Of a DNA stretch of 64,000 bases, positions 25,248-37,268 are shown piece after piece. The stretch's first letter is position 1. Every line of letters starts with the position of its first letter. The notes below the pieces were generated by a model. The model was not told where the DNA came from and did no database searches. It was given only the letters and a program-made list of their open reading frames with translations. Origin of the DNA: Malacoraja senta (Eukaryota); the NCBI GenBank assembly GCA_038087875.1, contig CM075989.1:13332001-13396000 (forward strand). The letters run 5' to 3'. Made by a program: the position numbers and the translations under genes.

Positions 25248-27446
25248 TCGACCCTCTCAGGGGGCTCCTATTTGTTGATTATTTCCACCATATATTATTG
25301 GATACATTGGGTATTTAAAACAGAGATTGATAGGTTCCTGATTAGTAAGGGTGTCAAAGGTTACAGGGAGAAGGCAGGAGAACGGGGTTCAGAGGGAAAC
25401 ATAGATCAGATAAGATCGAATGGCGGCGCAGACTTCATGGGAAAATTGGCCTAATTCTGGTCCTATGACATATGATCATATTATCGTGCCAATAACTGAG
25501 CCATGGATGGAGTTACGACTCAAAATTACCCACCACAATCCAAACCTCGGCTGTGAATGTGACTGGAAGATTAGATAACAGGAAGGCGTTGGCCAACAGA
25601 GCCACTGCATGGCAGATTAGACACTGGGAGCTGTGGGCTGTAACATAAACCCTTCAAAAGGAAGCTTTACAGAAGGAACTGTGTTGGATTCAGCTGGTTT
25701 AAGGTTTACTAATGTAATATCTGAGGAAGAAATGTTTCAAACCCTGCAGCTGCTAGAGGACTTCTTGGCTAGGCAGTGATGTTCCAAGTAAATATCAGAT
25801 TGAATGTAATGACAAGACACCAAACAGTGTTCTAGAATCTAGATGACAAGAATTTATTAAGTGGCTTCACCCATGTTATATAATTGGCTACTTATTAATT
25901 GTATTATAATGATTGGCTAGGCATCACCATCAGCAAGCTCCACCCACCTTCCCTGCTCTTTGATCTCCCTACTTTTGGACGAGTTGGGCCAAAGGGCCTG
26001 AGTCCATGCTGTAATAGCTCTACGCAGTCTATTAGAGTGTCGTGTTTGGATGGGGACTCTCAGCAAGATCCTGGTCACTTTTCACTGAGCTTGTTTACAA
26101 CATCTCAACTGCATATTTGACTGGTGCGAAGGTACACTATATCAATTGCACTGTCTGCTGTGGGCACTTTGTGATGTCACTTCAGGCAATGATATCATGG
26201 GAGCTGTGCTTTGCTGAAGATTAATGGGAAAGGATCCAGGTCACAGAGTTCTTACAGTTTAAGCTTTGTAACAATGATCCAAATTCATGGAGGATAACAA
26301 CAGCAGGTAAGGTCTGACTGTATTCTCTCCAGCTAAAGAATCATAAAATCCTACAGCACAGTAATAGTCCCTTTAGACCCATGTCGACCGTAATTCCTAT
26401 CCATACTAATCCTATTTGCCTACATTAGGCCTATATCTGTTTACTCCTATCCTATCTAAGTAACGGTCCAAATGCCTTTTAAGTATTGTAATTGTATCTG
26501 CCTCCTCCACCTCCTCAGGCAGTTTGTTCCAGATAACTACCACTCTTAGTTTGGAACAACTTACCCTTTAAGTAACCCTCTAGTTTTAGATCCCCCTGTC
26601 TTGGAAAAAAGATTCTGCCTGTCTGTCATATCTATGCTCCTCATAATTTTTATAAATCTCTATCAGGTCACACCTCAACTTCCTGTGTTGCAGTGAGAAT
26701 AAACCCAACCTATTCAATCTTTCTTTGTAACAAAAAGCCTCCATTCCAGGCAATATCCTGTTGAAACCATTGTTTGTGTTGTTACCACCTCCATGCTGTA
26801 ATGTGGTAACTAGAACTGTACACAATACTCCAAGTGCTGCCTGGACAATGCTTTATTTAACTGCAACATGACAACCAATACAACGTACCATGATCATTTT
26901 TCAGAAAATCTATTGGTTGGAAGATTTCCTAATCATGAGTTTGATCAAAAGCATAATTAATTAATTCAATGTAAATATTGTGCTGGTCCCACAAATTCTC
27001 CACTTCTTCTGTACTTCACAATGCCTCGGGAAAGCATCCAATATAATCAAGGACCACTCACACCCCAGTCATCCACTCTCCCCCCCCCCCTCCCCCCCTC
27101 CCATCCAGCAGAAGATACAACAGCTTGAAGGTATGTAACATCAGATTCAAGAACAGCCTCTTCCCTGCTGTTAGCAGAGTCGTGAAAGACCTCTCATAAG
27201 CTTAGGATGTATTCCCGATCTTCCAATCTACCTCATTACGAGTTTTGTTTAAATCTTTACTTTCTCTGCAGTTCTAACACTATATTCTACACTGCGTTTC
27301 CTCTGTTGTACTCGTGTATTATATTGCTTTGTCTGGTTAGCACAGAAAACTAAATGTTTTGCTGTACCTCAATACTCATGACAATATTAAACCAATAACA
27401 ATACTAAATATTTTTGTTTTCTCAAAAGATGCCTTTAATGTCCCTC

Positions 27447-27646
27447 NNNNNNNNNNNNNNNNNNNNNNNNNNNNNNNNNNNNNNNNNNNNNNNNNNNNNN
27501 NNNNNNNNNNNNNNNNNNNNNNNNNNNNNNNNNNNNNNNNNNNNNNNNNNNNNNNNNNNNNNNNNNNNNNNNNNNNNNNNNNNNNNNNNNNNNNNNNNNN
27601 NNNNNNNNNNNNNNNNNNNNNNNNNNNNNNNNNNNNNNNNNNNNNN
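27447..27646. other. Assembly gap (200 N)
   Basis: Run of N characters. Confidence 1.
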
Positions 27647-27693
27647 AGAGGTGAAACAAGAGATAGATGAGGGTATGGGGGTTCAGCGGTGGA

Positions 27694-27786
27694 AGTAGAG
27701 GTAGTGGGGGTGTGGGGTAGAGGTAGTGGGGGTGTAGGTAGAGGTAGTGGTGGTGTAGGTAGAGGTAGTGGCGGTGTAGGTAGAGT
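27694..27786. repeat. G-rich minisatellite, about 21-bp unit, next to the gap
   Basis: gtagaggtagtggsggtgtag-like unit, about 4 copies. Confidence 0.8.
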
Positions 27787-29581
27787 GTGGTAATGTTTGT
27801 GTCATTGCGTAACCTAACACAGAAACAGGATCTTGGGTCCATCATGTACATGCCAAAATCAAGTAAATCTTTACACTTATCTTATGTATCAGCACTTAGT
27901 CCATAGGCCTTCATTCTGTGGCAATTTAAGTGCTTGAATTACGCCATTGCCAGAATGAGGCCACTGTTCACTCAAACTGGAGGAACAGCACCTCATATTA
28001 ATTCTACAACAAAGTAAGAGGCCCTTCAGCCCACAACGTCAGTGCTGCTTAGGATACCAAATTAAACTGCACATTTGCCTGCATGTGGTCCATTCCCTGT
28101 CTGTTCGTGTGTCCATTTAAATATCTCTTAATTGCTGTTTTCACCACTCCACTCGACCAGGACTGGGTACATACTTTCACAAAAAGCTCACCTAGAAGCA
28201 CTTTACAAATTCCACCCCATTTAATACTTTCACACTAAGTCAATCGCAGGCAAGGAATATTGAAATTCCCAACAATGACATCCCTATTCCTATTAACACC
28301 TCTCTGCAGATTTGACTACATGTCTGCTGACTGTAGGGTCTGTGGTACAATCCCAGTGGCTGACATATCTACGGTATTTCATAGATCTATCCATACGGCT
28401 TCATTTGAAGTATCTTCTGAGACATGCTGTGATGTCTCCTTAATTCATATTGCTTCCTCTTTTTCATCCACCCCTGTCATGCCTGAAACTTCCATACCCA
28501 AGAATGTTGAATTACCAGTCCTGCCCACATCAACCATGTCTCAGTGGTCATATTCCTGCATGCTGATCAATACTTCAAGTTCATTATCCTCATCAGTCAG
28601 GTTCCTTGCATCAAAATAGTTGCAATTCAGCCTTCCAATCTTTCTATTTGCCTTACCAATAACCATAGACCAGAACCAGGGGCCACAGTTTAAGAATAAG
28701 GGGCAAGCCATTTAGAATGGAGACGAGGAAACACTTTTTCTCACAGAGAGTTGTGAGTCTGTGGAATTCTCTGCCTCAGAGGGCAGTGGAGGCAGGTTCT
28801 CTGGATGCTTTCAAGAGAGAGCTAGATAGGGCTCTTAAAAATAGCGGAATCAGGGGAAATGGGGAGAAGGCAGGAACGGGGTACTGATTGGGGATGATCA
28901 GCCATGATCACATTGAATGGCGGTGCTGGCTCGAGGGCCGAATAGCCTATTCCTGCACCTATTGTCTATTGTCTATAGTGTTTTCTCCGAGGCAGGGGAG
29001 TCTAAAACTGAAAGGCAAAGGTTTAAGGTGGGAAGAGAAAGATTTAAAAGTGATCTAAGGGTGTGTGTGTGGTGCATAAGTAGAATGAGCTGCCAGAAGA
29101 ATTAGTTGAGGTGGTACAATTAAACATTTAAATGATTCTTCGACAGATACAAGGATAGGAGAGTTGTTGAGGGACATCGGCCAGGTGCAAGCAAGTGGGA
29201 TTAGCTCTACTAGACAATGGTGTCGATGATTTAGGCTGAAGGGACTGCCTCCATGATGTATAACTATGCCATATCTGCTCTGCCTTTGGACTGACTTATT
29301 TTTTCTCCTATATTTCAGTGAATCTTGTCCCTAAGATTGGCACCTTTTTTTCTAGCCTTGCCAAATTATTGTTGCAATGGAGATTTGGGTGATCTTTGGT
29401 TTGCAGAGTAGAGGGAGGTACAAGCAATGCATGGGTTACCTCGAGGTTTTGTTTGGCAGAACTGGTAGCAATCTAAACTGTTCGTAAACCGGAAATAAAA
29501 CCATTGTGCGAGGAAGAGAATCATAGAAACAGCTGTGCTGGGAGAGCAGCAGACATGGTAACAAACTCAGTCAGTGAGTTT

Positions 29582-30314
29582 GGACAAAAATGCTGGAGAA
29601 ATTCAGCGGGTGAGGCAGCATCTATGGAGCGAAGGAATAGGTGACGTTTCGGTTCGAGACCCTTCTTCAGACTGATGTGGGGTGGGGGGTGGCGGGAAAA
29701 GAAAGGGAAGAGCGGAGACAGTAGGCTGTGGCTGGAAGGGGAGGGGAAGGAGGGAGAAAGCAAGGACTACCTGAAATTGGAGGTCAATGTTCATACCGCT
29801 GGGGTGTAAACTACCCAAGTGAAATATGAGGTGCTGCTCCTCCAATTTACAGTGGGACTCACTCTGGCCATGGAGGAGGCCCAGGATAGAAAGGTCGGAT
29901 TCGGAGTGGGAGGGAGGAGTTGTAGTGCTGAGCCACCGGGAGATCAGGTTGGTTATTGCGAACTGAGCGGAGGTGTAGGGCGAAGCGATCGCCAAGCTTG
30001 CGCTTGGTCTCACCAATGTTGAGCAGTTGGCACCTGGAACAGCGGATGCAATAGATGGGGTTGGAAGAGGTGCAGGTGAACCTCTGCCTCACCTGGAAAG
30101 ATTGCTTGGGTCCTTGGATGGAGTCGAGGGGGGAGGTAAAGCGACAAGTGTAGCATTTCCTGCGGTTGGAAAGAAAAGTACCAGGGGAGTGGGTGGTTTG
30201 GGTGGGAAGGGGCAAATTGACGGGTAGCTGGTCAATTAGTCCCTTCCCACCCAAACCACCCCTCCCCTGGTACTTTCCTTTGCAACCGCAGGAACTGCTA
30301 CACTTGTCGCTTTA
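29582..30314 (-). mobile_element. Penelope-like element 3' fragment (GIY-YIG region) with inverted 5' end
   Basis: FQVRQRFTCTSSNPIYCIRCSRCQLLNIGETKRKLGDRFALHLRSV ... KLEEQHLIFHLGSLHPSGMNI. Confidence 0.82.
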
Positions 30315-31096
30315 GGAATTTGAGGAAGGACATTCTTGCTATTGAGGGAGTGCAGCGAAGGTTCACCAGGTGAATTCCCAGGATGGCGGGACTGTCATAT
30401 GTTGATAGAATGGAACAGCTGGGCTTGTACACTCTGGAATTTAGAAGGATGAGAGGATATCTTATTGATACATATAAGATTATTCAGGGTTTGGACACGC
30501 TAGAGGCAGGAAAACATGTTCCCGATGTTGGTGGAGTCCAGAACCAGGGGCCACAGTTTATGAATAAGGGGTAAGCCATTTAGAACGGAGATGAGGAAAA
30601 ACTTTTTCACACAGAGAGTCGTGAGTCTGTGGAATTCTCGGCCTCAGAAGGCAGTGGAGGCCGGTTCTTTTGATGCTTTCAAGAGAGAGTTAGATAGAGC
30701 TCTTAAAGATAGCGGAGTCAGGGGATATGGGGAGAAGGCAGGAACGGGGTAGATTGTGGATGATCAGCCATGATCACATTGAATGGCGGTGCTGGCTCAA
30801 AGGGCCAAATGGCCTACTCCTGCACCTATTGTCTATATCATCAGTCCCGTGCCCCACAGCGTTACTTGGGTCCCCTAAATTGAATGGTCGACGGGCTCTT
30901 GGCGGTGGACGCGGGCCGGTGGGACGACTGGCCTGCTTCCGTGGTCTGTCACCCGGCCTCGCCCCCTCTGTTGATGTCGGGTGATCCCGCGGCCTGTTCC
31001 CAGGCCAGGGCCCCACGAGAGCCTGCTGGACCAGGCGCGCTCGGCCCATCGCCCCAGGCCTGGTCCTGCGGTTGAAAGACTCACCACCAGGCTGTG

Positions 31097-31110
31097 GTTG
31101 CCATGGAAAC
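31097..31110. promoter_or_regulatory. X-box (RFX-binding) motif in a CpG-rich region upstream of USP50
   Basis: GTTGCCATGGAAAC, a near-palindromic match to the X-box consensus, within CpG-rich 30845-31180. Confidence 0.5.
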
Positions 31111-31402
31111 CAGTCTACCCGCGCGGGTGGGGTCACGCTGGGTTCAGCCCGGCGAAGGAGCAACGTCCCTTCAGCGGCAGAGTTGTGATTAGTTTTATTC
31201 AACCCTCTCAACTACCCTCCACCTCCCACCCCTCTACCTCACCCTCCTACCCATCCATACTCCAACCTTCACCTTCCTCTCATTCCTTCACCCCTCCCCC
31301 CCTTCTTCACCCCCTCTTTCCTTTCCTCCTTTCCTGTTTCTTCATCCCCACTTTCCCTCTATCCCTCCCACTCCCCCCTACCCCCCTCCCCCCCCTCCCC
31401 AG

Positions 31403-31624
31403 AGCACGATACTACCACCTTGTCCCCAAGTACAGCAATGGCTCGCTGTTTGACTCCAGCGTCTCCAGCGCTGGCATCGAGCGGCAGGATGGAGGCGCAG
31501 GACAGACAGGCCTGGGCAACACGGGCAACACCTGCTACATGAACTGCATCCTGCAGTGCCTGAGCAACACCACGCCGCTGGTCGAGTACTTCATCACCGG
31601 GGCCTACGCTGATGATATAAGCAG
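31403..31624 (+). CDS. USP50: USP50-like ubiquitin-specific protease, Cys-box exon (start-codon exon not resolved)
   Basis: ARYYHLVPK...GQTGLGNTGNTCYMNCILQCLSNTTPLVEYFITGAY; acceptor after a long pyrimidine tract; donor gtgggc at 31625. Position and orientation relative to TRPM7 and USP8 match USP50. Confidence 0.88.
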
Positions 31625-32144
31625 GTGGGCACCAGCTCAGCGCCCGACCCTCGCCCCCAGCAGTCGGCTGAAGGGGTGAGGTTAAGGGGAGAAGTGGGTG
31701 GAATGAGGTGACTGGGAGGGGTTAGTTGAGTGGGTCAGGGGAAGGCTGGATGGGGCAAGCTGAGAGTAGGAGTGAGGGGTGAGTGAAAGGGGAGGTGAGT
31801 GGGAAGGGGTGAGTAAGGTGAAGGAGTGAAAGGAGAGGGAGGGGTGAGTGGGTGTGTGTGGGTCGTGGTGAAAGTGAAGGGATTGGTGGAGGAGGGTTAG
31901 CTGGGTAATCCAGGAGTGGGTAGGTGAGGTAAGCGGAGAGGTGGGCTTGGTGAGTGGGGTTGAGGGGTTGGGGTTGGCTGAGGTGAGAGGGTGAGGGGAG
32001 GATTGGAATGGGTGGGGTGGGTATGGTGAGGGTTGGTAGGGTGAGAGGAGGAGGTTGTGGCATGAAAGGTGGGCTGTGTGAAATCTGGCGCCATCTAATG
32101 GATCTGTATCATCTGCACTCGGATGTTTTTTCCTCTTCTGACAG

Positions 32145-32355
32145 ATTTTCCTTCTGCAGAGGCCGTGGGGAGCTATCTAATGCCTTCTCGGCTTTAGTGA
32201 TGGACATGTGGTTGGGGGATTGTGTGTACGTCTTTCCGGATGAAGTGAAGAGAGTTCTTGGAAAGATGCACGCTTCCTTCTCCGATGGGACCCAGCAAGA
32301 TGCCCAGGAGTTGCTTCTCTTCTTTCTCAACATTCTCCAAAATGATCTGAAGAGG
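32145..32355 (+). CDS. USP50: USP50-like exon (QQDAQE box)
   Basis: FSFCRGRGELSNAFSALVMDMWLGDCVYVFPDEVKRVLGKMHASFSDGTQQDAQELLLFFLNILQNDLKR; donor gtgagt. An alternative in-frame acceptor would start the exon at 32160. Confidence 0.88.
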
Positions 32356-33630
32356 GTGAGTGCTCAGGGAATGCATGCAGTGGACAGCACTGAAAGGGCA
32401 AGGACGTTTACCCTGAAGAGCAGTCAGCAGCCCATTCCACTGACCTTCCCTGACAACCTGACTGCTTAAACCAGTGGCCAGCTCTTGCCCTTCTGGCCCT
32501 TCTTCTTTCAAAAGATTACTTTACTCATAAAATGTACAAATAGACAACTCACTTGCCAATAGTGACATGAGATTGCAGATGCTGAATTCTTAAACAAAAC
32601 AAAAACTGCTGGAGAACGTAGTTGGGTCAGGCAGCATCTGTAAAAGGAATCGGCAGACAATGTTTTGGGTCAGGACTCTTCACTCTGAAGAAGGGTCCCA
32701 ACCTGAAACGGGACTCGTCCAATCCTTCCACAGTTGCTGTCTGAATCGCTGAGTTCCTCCAACATAGTTGCCATTATTCCATTGCTGTTGCCTTAGGGAA
32801 GTCAAAAACTAGAGGGAAAAGTTTTAATAGGAACCCGAGTGACAACCTTTTCAAACATTGGGTGGTGGGTATATGAAACAAGCTGCCATAGGTACTGGTA
32901 AAGTAGTGACATTTCAATAATATTTGGACAGGTACATGGATAGGAACGGTTTAGAGGAATATGGGCCAAATGTGTGTAAATGGACTAGCTGAGATGGGGG
33001 CTTCTTGGTCAGCATGGATGAGTCAGGCCAAAGGCCCTGTCTACATGCTGTATGACACTATGACTTTATTATTCGTTGTACCAGCCCATCATTGCATTTG
33101 TTTGCGATGTTGCGATTAATAATACCATCATGTATTGATTGATATTTGACAACAATTCCAACCCTCAGTGCTGGGCAGGACCTTTGCCACTCAGCCTTTC
33201 TCCATGGGGCAGCCCCATGTCTTGACATGTCCCTCACAGCTATTTCATTGCCCCACTTATATCCCTGGAACCTCATTTCTCTGACAAACCCGTTAACTCC
33301 GTCATGCTTCTCCTACCACCCACAAACACCAGGGACAATTTGTAGCCGCCAGTTAACCTATCAGTCGCACGTCTTTGGGATGAGGGAGGAAACCAATGCA
33401 GCTGGAAAACCTGTGTGGTCGCAGGGAGAACGAGCAGACTCCACATCAACAGCATCCAAAGTTGGGATTGGACACAAGTCACTGGAGCTGCAAGGCAGCA
33501 GCACGACTTGCTGCACTGCAATGCTGCCCTATAATCACCCTTGTTGGCGAGGTGCCATGTGCCAAGTACCTATTAAGATACACCAGACCTTTTGAGATGG
33601 ACAGTGAACTGAAGAATATTCTCTTCTCAG

Positions 33631-33795
33631 TCTTCAGGTGTGAGAAACATAGAAACATCAATCGTTACAAAGTTGTTCCAAGGGCAACTGAGCTACATAA
33701 AACTCTGCCTGAATTGTTACCACAAGTCCAACCAAACCGAGAACTTCCTGAGCCTCTCACTCCCCATGCCAACAGACAGCAGATGTTCCATTCAG
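33631..33795 (+). CDS. USP50: USP50-like exon
   Basis: SSGVRNIETSIVTKLFQGQLSYIKLCLNCYHKSNQTENFLSLSLPMPTDSRCSIQ; phase-0 acceptor ctcttctcag; donor gtaaag. The 5' boundary is less certain. Confidence 0.82.
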
Positions 33796-34691
33796 GTAAA
33801 GACTCACCATTATGTTAATGCCAAGAAAAAGGATTTCAAACTTTCGGTGCACTAACCTGATACCACATTTAGCACTAACACTTGATTGCGTAGTTGGCCA
33901 GAAACCTGCTAATATGTGACCTTCGGTTTCCAAAGACATTTCAAAAGGCTGCGAGGTGGAGGGAGGAAAGAGACACAGGGATCAAACAAAAAGTGAGATA
34001 TGTCAGGAGGGGAGCTAGAAGGTTGGGCAATTTCTCATTCATCATGCAGATTAGTTGTGCTCCCAGGTGAAACTTGTTGAGATTGAGATGCATTGTTGTG
34101 GTGAGAGGTAGGATATCAATCTGCACGGACTTCATTAGAATCATCGTTTGCCTGTCATCAAGTACGTAGAACAGTACAGTACAAGACAGGCCCTGCGGCC
34201 CACATTATCTTTGTTGAACACAATGCCAAATTAATCTTTTCTTCTTCCTCCATGTGATCCAGATCCCTTCATTAGCAGGGTATTCATAAGCCTCTCCAAA
34301 AACCTGTAAAATGCCACGATCGTATCGGCTTCCACCATCACCCCTGGCAGCAAATTCCAGGCACCTGTGTAAAAAAAAAACTTGCCCTGTACATCTCCTT
34401 TAAACATTCCCCTTTTCACACTTCACTGGTAGATGTTTCTGGACTATTGCAATTGCACCTCTGGTGTGTAGGCTGTCTCCTGGTTGCCGGCTGCATCAGC
34501 CTGGGCCGGCCAGCGCTGCAGGGATAGCAATGTGCTCAGTGAAACCTCTGCAGTAGAGGCTGGTCAAAGTGGATCTCCTGACCTCAGGCTACAATAGCCC
34601 ACTGGGAGGGGAATCTGTGTCAGAGTGACAGTGTTGTGTTGGGGTGTGTGGCGTCTGCTGCAGCTTTGCTAATGATGGCTGCTGGTTGCAG

Positions 34692-34834
34692 GACTGTCTC
34701 AGGCTGTTCTTTAAAGAAGAGGTTCTGAGCTCGAGGGACCAGCCTTTCTGCTCCTTCTGCGGCCAGAAGCAGGACCTGGCGGAGAGTATCCAGCTGCTGA
34801 AGGCTCCTGACATCATCATCATCCACCTGAAGCG
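34692..34834 (+). CDS. USP50: USP50-like exon
   Basis: DCLRLFFKEEVLSSRDQPFCSFCGQKQDLAESIQLLKAPDIIIIHLK(R); ag/gtgagt boundaries; 143 nt. Confidence 0.9.
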
Positions 34835-35175
34835 GTGAGTTCTCGAGCTTTGGTTTCCTTCCGTCAGGGGAGGTGGGGGCAGGAGATGGTCCCAAGTCCC
34901 ACTAGAAAGCGCCAGCTTCGGTGACCATGCTTGACTCTCTGTGAGCTAGAATTTCCATTAATTATTAATCAGTGCCAGTCTTTGATACCAATCTTTGAAT
35001 AATTTGAATGATGGCGATTTTCTCTGTGCAGGAGCCATCAAACACCTTCCACTGGAATATTCAAGGGCATTGACTGCCCCTCTCCCCCTGTTGTTCTCCC
35101 TTTCGGTGTCAATGTCTTGCCTCACAATTGTTCAATAGTTCTGTCTGCGATTTAATCATTCCCTTTCCCCACCAG

Positions 35176-35308
35176 CTTTGAATCAGACGATCATGGCCAC
35201 AGGAAACTGACCAGTACGGTGACTTTTCCACTTGAAGATCTCGATCTGACTCAGTACACAACCACTCCATCAACTCAGCAGATGAAGTATCAACTCTATG
35301 CTGTGGTG
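35176..35308 (+). CDS. USP50: USP50-like exon (absent from the ORF track)
   Basis: FESDDHGHRKLTSTVTFPLEDLDLTQYTTTPSTQQMKYQLYAVV; acceptor cccaccag, donor gtgagt; 133 nt; phases fit both neighbours. Confidence 0.9.
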
Positions 35309-37091
35309 GTGAGTCTCACCTTCACCTGTTTGTTAATGAAGTTCCGATCCATTCATCAAACTCTCCTTTGCAAAGTCTAAAGCAGCAGTTTATAAAGATC
35401 CGTGTCTGTTCGAGGGGCTGGGTTAGGGAAGTATGGAAGCTGGTAACAGCTGGGAACTGGCAGTGAGGGACGGGCAGTCCCGTCTCCACAATGAGTGTGA
35501 ATCTAACTGAAAGATCAGGCAGATGGCGATTCACAAATGAACCTGAGAATCATGGCAAACTACAAACAGAAGTTCATTCGGCCCTTCCACATTATCTTGG
35601 CTGATCATGTATCACAATACCAGATCGTTTCCACAGATTTTTTATGTACCAGAAATGTATCCACCTCCTCCTCAAATATGTTCAGCAACTTAGCTTCTAC
35701 ATACCAATGTTGTAGCCGTACGTATCCATCATGACCAAGGTGCCCCATCTAAGTGAGTCCCATTTACCTGCGTTTGGCCAAAATCCCTCTCAACCTTTCC
35801 TATGCATGTACCTGTCCAAATGTATTTTAATGTTGCTGTTGTACCTGCCTCTGGTACCTCTTTTGGCAATCATTCCATATACTCACTACAACTCTGGGTG
35901 GGAAAAGTTTCCCCTCAAGTTCCTATAAAATCTTTTCCATCTCGCCTAAAATCTATGCCCTCTGGTCCTTCATTTCCCCCATCCTGGGAAACAGTCTCCG
36001 TGCATTCATCCTATCTGTTTCCCTCATGATTTAATACACCGATATTAGACCATTCCTCAGCCTCCTGCACTCCAACGAATAAAATTCTAACCTGCCCAAA
36101 CTCTCCCTGTAGCCCAGGCTTTTGAGTCCTGGCAGGATCCTTGTAAACTTTTTCTGCATTCTTTCCACTGTAATATTTGATAAACATCTGTCACATCTCC
36201 CTCAGTTCTGACACCCGGGCGTCAGAGGGTGAATGGAGACCTGATAGAACTTTATAAAATTATTAAGCTGGAAAGAGTGCGGAGACAACAATCCACATTT
36301 TATGAAAACAGTCCAGGTTTGTCCAACCACTTCTTTTAACTAATTCTCTCTAATCCAGGCAACATTCTGGTGAACCTCTTCTACACCTTCTCCAAAGCCT
36401 CAACATCCTTCCTGTAATGCAGTCAGCAGAACTGTGCCTTATACTCCTAATTAAAGTTTCATAAAGCTGCAAAATGATTTCCAGATTTATCAACTTTTAT
36501 ACTCAATGCTCTGACTGATTCAGGCAAGCATGTGGTATGCCTTCTTCCCCTCCCCCTCCCCCCTCCCCCCTCCATCCACTTGTGTTGACACTTTCAAGAA
36601 TCTATGAATCTATGGACTTGCATCCCAAGAACTGTCTGTACATTAATGTTCCGAAGGGTTCTGTCGTTTACTGTATATTTTCTTTTTACATTTGACGTCC
36701 CAGTATGCAACATTTTACACATGCCCGGATTAAGCTCCACCTGCCATTTCTTCCCCCATATTTCCGACTGATCAATGTCTCGCTGCTTCCTTTGACAACC
36801 TGCTCACTAATCACCTACATTTTTGTGTCATTTGCAAACATAATCCGCCCACCTAGATTTTTCATTGCATCAATTGTTTACATTACAGGGGTTCTAGCTC
36901 TAATCCTTGTGAAATGCAACTGATCACAGACCTCCACTCAGGAAAATACCCTTCTACCATTCTTCTGTTATGTATGGCCAAGCCAATTTTGGATGCAAAG
37001 TGTAACCTATACATTGAGCTTTTCAATGTGTGAAAATGTTTCATATAAAATCTTTTCCTGAAGTTGTCAAATTTCTGTGCCCTGTCCACAG

Positions 37092-37268
37092 AACCACACC
37101 GGCACCTTGGACAGTGGCCACTACACTGCCTTCTGCAAGAACCCAGTGACACAGATCTGGCATGAGTTCAATGATGCAAAAGTAACCAGCATTTCTGAGC
37201 AGAAGATCCAGTCGCCAGCAGCCTATGTACTCTTCTATAATTGTGTGAATTTTCAGTGGCCTCAATAA
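37092..37268 (+). CDS. USP50: USP50-like last exon (His box)
   Basis: NHTGTLDSGHYTAFCKNPVTQIWHEFNDAKVTSISEQKIQSPAAYVLFYNCVNFQWPQ*; AATAAA at 37288-37293. Confidence 0.92.
   Translation, partial: NHTGTLDSGHYTAFCKNPVTQIWHEFNDAKVTSISEQKIQSPAAYVLFYNCVNFQWPQ

Noticed and set aside
25500..26312. Repeat-poor region ending in a strong donor (cag|gtaagg near 26306)
   Set aside because: No coherent reading frame or recognisable homology; it could be a non-coding exon but there is no support.
27359..27851. ORFs spanning the N run
   Set aside because: Artefacts of the assembly gap and the adjacent minisatellite.
30981..31402. Pro-rich N-terminal part of the 232-aa ORF as USP50 coding sequence
   Set aside because: It translates a low-complexity polypyrimidine tract that ends in a splice acceptor, so it is more likely intron or promoter.
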